NCBI GenBank assembly: GCA_012295275.1
Contig: CM022676.1
Location: forward strand, 9,920,001 to 9,984,000
Reading direction: 5' to 3'
Length of the DNA: 64,000 bases
DNA from: Chrysomallon squamiferum
Taxonomy: Eukaryota; Animalia; Mollusca
Of the stretch, positions 55,252 to 64,000 are shown in pieces; position 1 is the first letter of the stretch, and each line of letters opens with the position of its first letter. The notes under the pieces were generated by a model that searched no databases, was not told where the DNA came from, and saw only the letters and a list, made by a program, of their open reading frames with translations. Both the position numbers and the translations under genes were made by a program.

Positions 55252-56223
55252 CAGACATGGGCAAATTGCGGCCTGCGGCTCTTCCTAAATGGCTCGAGAA
55301 ATTTTACGAGGAAAATAACATTTATTAAAATTTTATTTGCTTCATTTCGTTCTCAAGTGTTCGCTCTCATTCAAAGCGCTTTGGAAAACCATTTGTCAAA
55401 GGGGAATAACTGTTACATGCGCGACTGATATCCCTTACTTATTAATACTTAACAATATTTTCCATCCATGTGATTTTCAGTCTGGATCAGAATCTTCGAG
55501 AGCCTTTACTTCGCATTTCTACGTCAGCAAACGAGAATTACTGATTTAATGTTTAATTACTGATTTCATCGCATAAACGATATTTCTTGAATTTTAAAAC
55601 ATGGCGTATTTTCATACACAAGAAATGTTCATAATTAAAAAATTTCTCTCGGGATTTTACTATTTTTATATAAATTTTTATTAATTATCTTTGTGTTAAA
55701 GTTACCTTCGAATTTACATGGAACAAATGAAATTATTTAATCGTCATATATGTTAAATATACACGTTTAATTTAAAGTAAATAGTTTTGATAAAAAAAAG
55801 TTTATCCGATTATGAAAATGAAAAAATGTTCTTTTATACACGGAAGTGACTGATCGTATTCCTACTGAATACACTGATTTTTAGAGTATTCATTTTAACT
55901 TTTAATGCAATGTGTTAATCACATTGATAGAAGTGATAATATAATACCAAGACTTCAGTTGTTTTTTTGTTTGTTTGTTTTTTTTTTTTTTTTTGTCATT
56001 TTTTTCGTTGAAAAGATTGTTTAACCGAATAAAATAATAAATAAATAAATAATTAAATTTAAGAATAAAATATTTACTTTTCCGCATTTTTTTTTTAAAT
56101 TATTACGTGTATGGTCTTATATAGTGAAAATGATAGAGATACCTTCAACGAAACATTGAATTATTTTTAAAAGTGCGGCCCGCCTAAAGCGGCCCAATAT
56201 TCGAATAAGGTTGCCCGTGCCTG
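55252..56223. mobile_element. Non-autonomous hAT (Charlie-like) element inside the 3'-UTR intron of protein B
   Basis: TIRs CAGACATGGGCAA / TTGCCCGTGCCTG, subterminal GCGGCC repeats at both ends, and a degenerate 8-bp TSD (ctatacaa / gtataaaa). Confidence 0.8.
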
Positions 56224-56497
56224 GTATAAAATATAATAATTATTTTTTGAGAAGGAGTCTGGCGTTATATAGTTTTTATACATTTCTTTTTGACGAAACG
56301 ATATATTTATGCAAAATTTTTTTGTTAATTTATAATTTACTGAAACACGTGTATAATAATAAAATGCATGACTGCGAAATTAAGTATTCGTAATTAAGGT
56401 TAAATACATTTATTATTATTAGTATAAAACACTGACATATTAGATATTTTTACAAATAATTTTCTTCCGTTAAGTTTATTTATTTTCCATCTTTCAG

Positions 56498-56586
56498 AAA
56501 AAATGAAGGACGTCCAAAGAGAAGAGGTTTGGAATGTACAACCATCAAAGAAAAAACTTAAGAAATATGTATGAACACAAAATAAA
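56498..56586 (+). other. Terminal 3'-UTR exon of protein B with poly(A) signal
   Basis: Donor |gtaagt at 55006, acceptor ttttccatctttcag| at 56497 and AATAAA at 56581. Confidence 0.65.
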
Positions 56587-58544
56587 ATAGATTTAAAAAT
56601 ATATGTAGTTATCGCCTACATTTATCTCTGTTATAGTTAGTTCTTGTCTTGATTTTATTAATGGTACTCGAGCATTTTAGTTCTCTTTCTGTCTTTCTCA
56701 CAAACACACACACAGAAACACATTCACAAGCATATACACACACACATATATATATTCACTCACATGATATATATATATATATATATATATTATTATTGTT
56801 AAAAAAAACCTGTGCATTATACAACTTTGAATTTTTTCTGTATATATTGAACTAACTGCATTAAAGAAAACTGTTCTTTAGAATAAATGAATAATGAGAT
56901 ATATTTATTTGGAAAAATTATATTTATTGATAACGAATACTACAGCAGCATTCTGCAGTGGATGTAGCATGGACCAACAGGAACGATAACTCGTAAGAGA
57001 ACAAATTGCGTCTGCTCAAAAAAATGGCTACAGATTGCTCCAATTTAATGGTTCTGATACGGGGAACATAGCCAGCTAGAAAAGTTAATACATTAATCTG
57101 CTAGAACATTATAAATTCAGTATATTGTGCACGCATCTGCACAAAAATAAATCCAGTTTGAAACGTTTGATTGCTGTAAAACTTTAGTTGGGAGAAAATT
57201 TCTACCTCCTAGTATTGTAATATGAACAACCATCCATACCATTATTAGTGTAAATCATGAAAAATGCAGAAAATAAACGTAAAATTGTTAAATTTGGAAG
57301 TTTTAAACCCAATGTGACGATTTTCGATCGAAATTCAAGATGGCGGCGTCTGACGCCGGCCACTGTTTACAAACATTTAAACATTCCTTCGTAATACAAT
57401 CAATTCTACATGCATTATTATACGCATTTCATTAAAACATGTCATATAATAAATGCCTTGTGTATGTAGACGTGTATTATTGAGTAGAAATTGTTGCAAT
57501 TGGTCGAAACGTTTTTATTTATTTTTGGTACGTTTGACCTCATACCAGCTCAAACCCGTTCATACTCTTATTCAAAAAAAAAAAAAAAAAACAACATGAA
57601 AAAAAAAAAATAATAAGTTTCATGATGAAGATCACAATTCTCATTAGGTACCTTAATGTGGAACGTTACTCTGCCAAATATCTGACTACGTTGTTGTAAA
57701 AATACATAAAACCATTATAATTCTTTTTCTTTTTAATATTATTTATTTCCATTTTCAATACATTAGATGTCATATTTACATATAAAAAGCAAATTAATTA
57801 CTTGTTATTTGGATGATTGCCTTCATACGTTCGTTATAGTGTTTGATATCAGTTTTTGGACAGAAAATGGAAATTCTTTTTTTAAAGGTCCGTCAACCGT
57901 ACAAAAAAAGATTAGTTAATAATTAAATTTTTACTCTTTTTCTTTAAAACAAAAATTATTCATCTTCTAGAACTTTTACTATTATATATGCAAATAGTGG
58001 GTTTCCTATTTTAATATATGTATATATTTTGTAAATCATTGGTCCATGATAATAGATGCTTAAACTAAAATGAAGGGATTTACCAAGGACCAACGGTACG
58101 AAATGGCGGTAATAATAATTACGCTTTCGTGACTTCGTTTTGAACCTGCGAAGTTCTCGGCGATGAACCGTTGCTACGGTTTGTTGTGAATGAATCGATA
58201 AAGGTAATTAACATATCGTTTTATAATATCTCACATATATTTGTATTACAGTTAGCCTGGAATTTTACAGCCTCGGTAATATGTAAACTGATAAGGTGTG
58301 CCCTGTATTGTATTACTAGTAAGTAGAATTTTTCCATTCGGCATAACTCGGTCACTTAATTCAGACCCTTTTTATTTTTTTTAACTATCTGTTAAAAGTG
58401 ACCGATCAAATGACACGTTATTTAGTTATCCATAATACTCCTCATCACTATCTACAAAGTTCTTGTTGCAGTAAAATATAAAAGGCAAACTAAAGAAATG
58501 AAAATTACAAGAAAATAAACAATAAATCGGCAGTTCGCCACATG

Positions 58545-58830
58545 TTCAGAACTTTGAATTTCGCTAATGGCGCCGTAATCATGGTAATGGTCACAATGAA
58601 ACATCGATAATTTCTGTAGTTACCGTAATTTTTCTTTAAATTGATATTTTCTACAGTCAGATCAACTAAATAAAAAATAAAATTAATAAATAAGCAATTA
58701 TTTAAACTTCTGAATTTCGCTAATGGCGTAGTCATGGTAATGCTCACATTGAAACATCTCGATTTCCATAGTTACAGTATTTTTTTTATCAAATTTATTT
58801 TTTGGCACAGTCAGATTAACTAAATTATAA
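58545..58830. repeat. Two-copy ~155-bp direct repeat
   Basis: 'tgaatttcgctaatggcg..catggtaatg.tcaca.tgaaacatc...acagtcagat.aactaaat' occurs twice. Confidence 0.8.
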
Positions 58831-60264
58831 ATAAAATAAAATTAAAAATGGTAGATCATAGGAAAATTTAGTTTTCTTTCTTTTGTCTTTTTTTTCTGTA
58901 TGTATGTGTATATGTATGTATATATTTATATTTTTTTCTTTTATGAACAGTAGTATAATTACACAAAATACTGAAATACACAATAATACCAAGTGAGCAC
59001 AAAGAAATGAAAACACTTATTTCCATTAAGATTTTGAATAAAAAAATCAAACAATTAATACATGGTTAGCATGCAGTGGATTAGAGAAAATTAAAATGAC
59101 TAATATGTTTTTGTATGTGTGTGCATATGTATGTATATATATATATTGATAATGAATGAATGAATGAATGCAGAGGTCTCGCTACATACTATCAGAGATG
59201 GTGGGCCTGCCATCTCTTACAGTTTACGATGAGTTTGCCCACCTTTTGTTAGCAACAGCAGAAATATCTTAGACTGGCTGTTATGCCATTGTTTTGCACT
59301 TTTGGGGTCAGCATATTATGTGGCTTGTCTGTAAACAATATAGATGTAATCCGAAGCAGCAACAGTCATATTTATGAATTACCCCCTAAGCGTTCCTAAG
59401 GGACGCAATCCAGTTGTTCTGATGTTTGCTGGCAATCAAGGCTGCACAGATTAATTATTGTGATTTTTTACTTTCAGACCAAAGAAAGATTATCTCACAT
59501 TTCACACACATGTATCATGGTATATATAATATATACAGAAGGTTACCAAACAATATCTATGTTATTTTGTATAAAAATATTCATGTAAAGAATATAATTC
59601 ACAGAAAAACCAGACAAAACTCGCCAGCAACAAACACTTTGATTTTATTTAATTGCAAATAAAATAAACTTGTTAATAGTTAGTGCATTTGATGCAATTA
59701 TTTATAGGAGTATTTTTGACATACAAGTAATTTGAACATTGTTGAAAGTACTTGTACCCTGAACATTTTCTGTACCACCCCTTTGTTTACATGTTACGAA
59801 AATTCCCACCATCCTTTCACAAATGCTGGCAAGACCACTTGAATATATGTGTATATAGATAGATACTAAAGTGTGTATGTATTAATATAATTTCCTCTGT
59901 TTATATATAAACCAGGTTAATATAGAATATAAACTTTCATTGAATTTGTTAAATAAATATAGATTTCTTTCTTTTAAAAGAAGAAATTTGCTGTTGCTTT
60001 CCATAAACAAACAATCATATTTATTGCTACATACCATATATCAAGAACAGTATTCTTAAATAAAATCAATATCCTTGTCTAATCCAACATATATTGTCTT
60101 CCTAGTAATGACATACATTCTTTGTGATTTGAAAGAAAACAAATGAAAATGTGATTTTTGGTAGAATTTTCTTAAGTAACCAAAATAATACTTTCACTGA
60201 TAATTTGCATATTACTGATTGGATAACGGTAATATATACATGCACATCAAAGAAAACATGGGAA

Positions 60265-61975
60265 TCTTTATAATACGTACATGCATTGTTACACTGGATA
60301 ATTTGATAGCTGATCGAAATGTGAAAGATGATCTTCCTAATCTTCTACAAATGCATAACTATTATCTTTTTATTTATTTATTTATTATCAATTTTATTAT
60401 TATTAATATTATCATCATAATCATTATTCTGATGGTTTAAAAATGCCTAAATATCAAAGATTTGTCCAGTTTTTGAGATAATTTATTTATTATATTATTA
60501 TTATTTATTTTTTTACAGGCATAGTTTAAACTGACCCCTTGCATTGAAACTATCTCCTCTTCCATCTATATTTAATTTTAAGGACTAAGAGAATTATGTA
60601 TGGTTTGATGATTACCACAAACTTAAAGTTTGTGGTTGAAACTTGAATATTTAAAAAGGACATCAAAGATGCAAAGCCAAAGCTATTGGCCTCATTTTGC
60701 TAAGTTTACTGTAAAAAAAAAAAAAATTAATGTCCTTTTTCCCAATTAGCTTATTTATTTATTTTCGAGATGTATCTTTTCTAAATGAATGAAAATAAAT
60801 TATATTTTTACATATTTAAAAAATAATAATTATTTTGATGGTAAAGTAGCAAATCTACACCTCTCAGTACCTCATTTTAGTTTGCTATTAAACTGTTATA
60901 AATCAGTAAAAATCTGACCATACAATTAAAAACTTGCATCTGAATATAATCAAAATGAAACAAAAGAATAATAATAATAAGAAATAAATTAATAAAGTTT
61001 GTGAGAAATGAAGTTATTTTGTTTTTGTTCTGTTTACAAACGACAATGGTCTATGCATTTATTAATAAGAGCATATTGATAATATGATATAAATTTTTTA
61101 AATTCTCAAATAATCATTATAATGCAGACATCCGATTAAAAAAAAATAGCGTTTGAAAAAGGCATGTATTTTTAGCAATTATTTTAATATATTGCAAACA
61201 TCAATATATAATTTGGATTTAGAATACGATTTTATATAGCATTACTATTTATTAGCAGTACTCTATTTCACTTCTGCCAAAATCGCATCAAAAAATTATT
61301 TGTCCCGCCAAACCTCGCTTTCGTTTTTGCTATCAAGAGTTGTGTCCCTTCGGCCCTGCAGTGTCAGACGACAGTTTGCTAGTTCAGACAAGTTGCTATG
61401 TCTGACGGCAAAGACAAAGAAATTATGTTTTTTGACGGAATGAAAAGAATAATAGTCAAAAGGAAAAGAAGGAACAACATAATCAGAATGTTAGGATTCA
61501 CGAGTCAACAAAGAGAACTATTTTTGTTAAATCGTTCGAAGACAAGAAAGGTAAGAATGTTGTCTTTCATTGTCGTCTGCAAATGTGTTAATATTTGGGT
61601 CGCCATTTAAATACTACCATACTATTTATGCAGCGTTAACTATTATCTTATGCGATGAGTTAGAAAATAAATATCATTTCAAACGGTAAAATAAAAGTAT
61701 TAAAGCGAATTTCTGGTGGATATCGATCATGGAAAGTGGAAGTGTGAACCGGGATCAGAGACAGAATAGGAGGGGGTATGCAAGGAACGGCATTCCATTG
61801 AATCGGTGATGTTAATTAGCTAATCTTTGTCTGGCAATCAAAATTATACTCATAGCCAAACAAATAAAAAGATAATAATTATGCATTTGTAGAAGATTAG
61901 GAAGATCATCTTTCACATTTCGATCAGCTATCAAATTATCCAATGTAACAAAGATGCATGTACGTAATATAAAGA
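60265..61975. repeat. ~110-bp inverted repeat pair (60265-60375 / 61862-61975) bracketing the Chk1 promoter and leader exon
   Basis: 'tacgtacatgcat..tgttacactggataatttgatagctgatcgaaatgtgaaagatgatcttcctaatcttctacaaatgcataa' and its reverse complement, with few mismatches. Confidence 0.9.
61300..61550 (+). promoter_or_regulatory. Chk1 promoter (E2F site) and candidate first, untranslated exon
   Basis: TCCCGCCAAA (= TTTGGCGGGA) at 61303-61312, locally CpG-rich, strong donor AAG|gtaaga at 61551. Confidence 0.6.
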
Positions 61976-62230
61976 CTGTGTTCCATAAACCTATTTCCGT
62001 AACTAACCGTGGGATAGTTGTATACTTTTAGAACTTATGGAACTGTGTAAATATGCTAATCATTAGATAAATTTTAGGTTATGAGTATTTTATATAAAAT
62101 TAAATACAACAATCCTTGCCTGGGGAGGGAAGAAGAAAAAAGATAGAAAAAGAAAACTGTCTATTTATATATATTTGCATTACCATTTCAGCTATGATTG
62201 GTTTTTGTGCAATGTTGGAAAAAATACAGT

Positions 62231-62295
62231 ATGGTTACAGCATTTGTTGAAGGTTGGGATTTTGTACAGACTCTTGGAGAAGGAGCTTATGGCGA
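62231..62295 (+). CDS. CHEK1: Serine/threonine-protein kinase Chk1, first coding exon (gene continues beyond the window)
   Basis: Translates [21 protein letters not shown](E), closely matching the Chk1 N-terminus [22 protein letters not shown] with its Gly-rich loop. Ends GA|gtaagt (phase 2 after 65 nt); acceptor tttcag| at 62191. Not in the ORF track. Confidence 0.92.
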
Positions 62296-62918
62296 GTAAG
62301 TTAATCTATGTACTATTAAGCAATGTTATTAATGTTAAATCTATATATGTGAGGTACTGTGACAAAAGGACACATTTGAGACCCCAAGCAAACATTGAAA
62401 TTTGCATATTTCCTAAAGCCATAGTCTATACACTTCTAAAAAATCAACTATGTGCAAATTGGACAAATTGAAGGTAAGACATTTTAAATATTTACTATTG
62501 CAGATGCAGAGAATCAAGAAAAAGACAGTTGAAATTAGTCATAGGAGACAGTTCATTCACCTTAAAAAGTCCTTAGCAACGATGCATGTTTAAGCACCTC
62601 ATGCCATCAAACTTTGGGAAAACAAGTCTTGGTAGTTTCACCAAGAATGAATTAATTTTATTTTATTTTTCTTAGTTCAAAGAGTAACAAATCTAACAAT
62701 GTTCCCCTCACTGAATTACATTTTTACACTTTTTTATTTTATTTACATTATAGTTTGAACTTCACTGCTTTTTAAAATATTTAAAGTCATGTCATTTTAA
62801 GGTGGTTAAAACAACAGTGGATCAGTTTCAAATGGCACAGCATAACTTTTATGTACCCATGTGCCTTGATTTTTTACTTTTATGTATTTTAAATAATTAG
62901 TGGTACAAATAAAAAATA

Positions 62919-62954
<36 letters not shown>

Positions 62955-64000
62955 TAGTTAAAAGTACTACTAGCATTGGGTGTTTAATCATAATCTTCTG
63001 TAATACAGTCAGCTAATCATTAGAGCCATTTCCAGAAAGGTGTTGCAGGTACTAATTAGAGGCAATTAAAGGAACAGGTTTAATAAATGGGATATTTGAA
63101 AAAGAAACAAAAGGTTTCTTAGCTTTGTTCTTTGATTTGACTCTAAACAAAAGTTAGCAACTTGAGTATTGTTGAAAGTTTCCCTAATGGACCTAATTGA
63201 CACTTCAAGCAAAAGTAAACAAAGTTTTAAAACATGTTTTAAAAAGTGATTTGAGCAATACTGTGGACAGTTGGACTCAGAGAATATACTCTATGTTTGT
63301 TCTGTATAGACTGTTATCTTTATGATACTAAAATCAAGTTAAATTCACAATTTATTGTGCGAATTTTGCAAAAATTATGACCGCTTATGTCTTAAGATCG
63401 GAACAGATATTAATCTGCAAAGTCTTTAGTGCGCAGACTGGCCAATCGGTGTACTCCTCTCAGTCTGATCATAACAACTAAACTGCATTGTTTACATGCA
63501 AATCATTGCAGTGACCTACTGATAATTAACCAGAACTGCAACATAGTTCACTTTAATATGAGATATCCTATCAGATAAAATTTCGACGTCACAGCTATTC
63601 TTCTGGTGTATGACATGTAGTGTTTATCCATGCTCAGTACAATGAAAACAGTAGGAAAATCAGCAAATTTGCAATTGTTTTAACTTAATCAGGCAAGTAT
63701 TATGAATGTATGCTTCAAACAAATGTGGAAACAACTGTTTTCTATTATGGTTTATTAAATCTTTGGGTGAAAGCTGAATATTTATTTGAGGGTTTTATGG
63801 ACAAATTTCAAAATCACTAAAATCTGACCTAATACATTGTAAGACAATCATCTTGTTATTGGCCCATGCATTAAGCATCTCTTTTGCCAGAGTATCTCAC
63901 ATATAATCTGTTCATACATTTGCCTTTTGTTAATTAATTTTGATTCTTATAGAAAGGTGCATCTGAAAGATCTTTACTTCTAATCAGTCAGACTTGTCCA

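Noticed and set aside
62175-62471. 98-aa ORF in the track
   Set aside because: Wrong frame; the real coding sequence is the 65-nt Chk1 exon inside it.
63953-64000. Possible next Chk1 exon after ttcttatag
   Set aside because: The phase-2 reading hits a stop and lacks the expected V.LAVN...AVAVK kinase sequence.

Overview
Very AT-rich, microsatellite-dense animal genomic DNA with spliceosomal introns. It is probably molluscan: decayed fragments resemble, from memory, a tRNA-derived SINE common in gastropods. Five genes are readable. (1) A minus-strand three-exon, low-complexity, probably nuclear protein with one C2H2/UBZ3-spaced zinc finger (6180->2308). (2) A plus-strand signal peptide + LRR + FN3-like + hydrophobic-tail surface protein (46068-47832), with candidate non-coding leader exons up to 35 kb upstream. 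(3, 4) A head-to-head pair of TATA-driven secreted proteins: a ~461-aa block polyampholyte with acidic SxE repeats and RPNPF repeats (53517->52131) and a 97-aa His/Tyr/Arg-tipped protein (54705-54998). They share a putative helical domain and a 3'-UTR intron. (5) The 5' end of Chk1 (first coding exon 62231-62295). All three long CDSs carry single-base frameshifts, most likely long-read consensus errors. Also present are Tigger, mariner and hAT non-autonomous elements, several foldbacks and many degenerate minisatellites. The best candidate for an undescribed system is the divergent secreted-protein pair at 51.1-56.6 kb.
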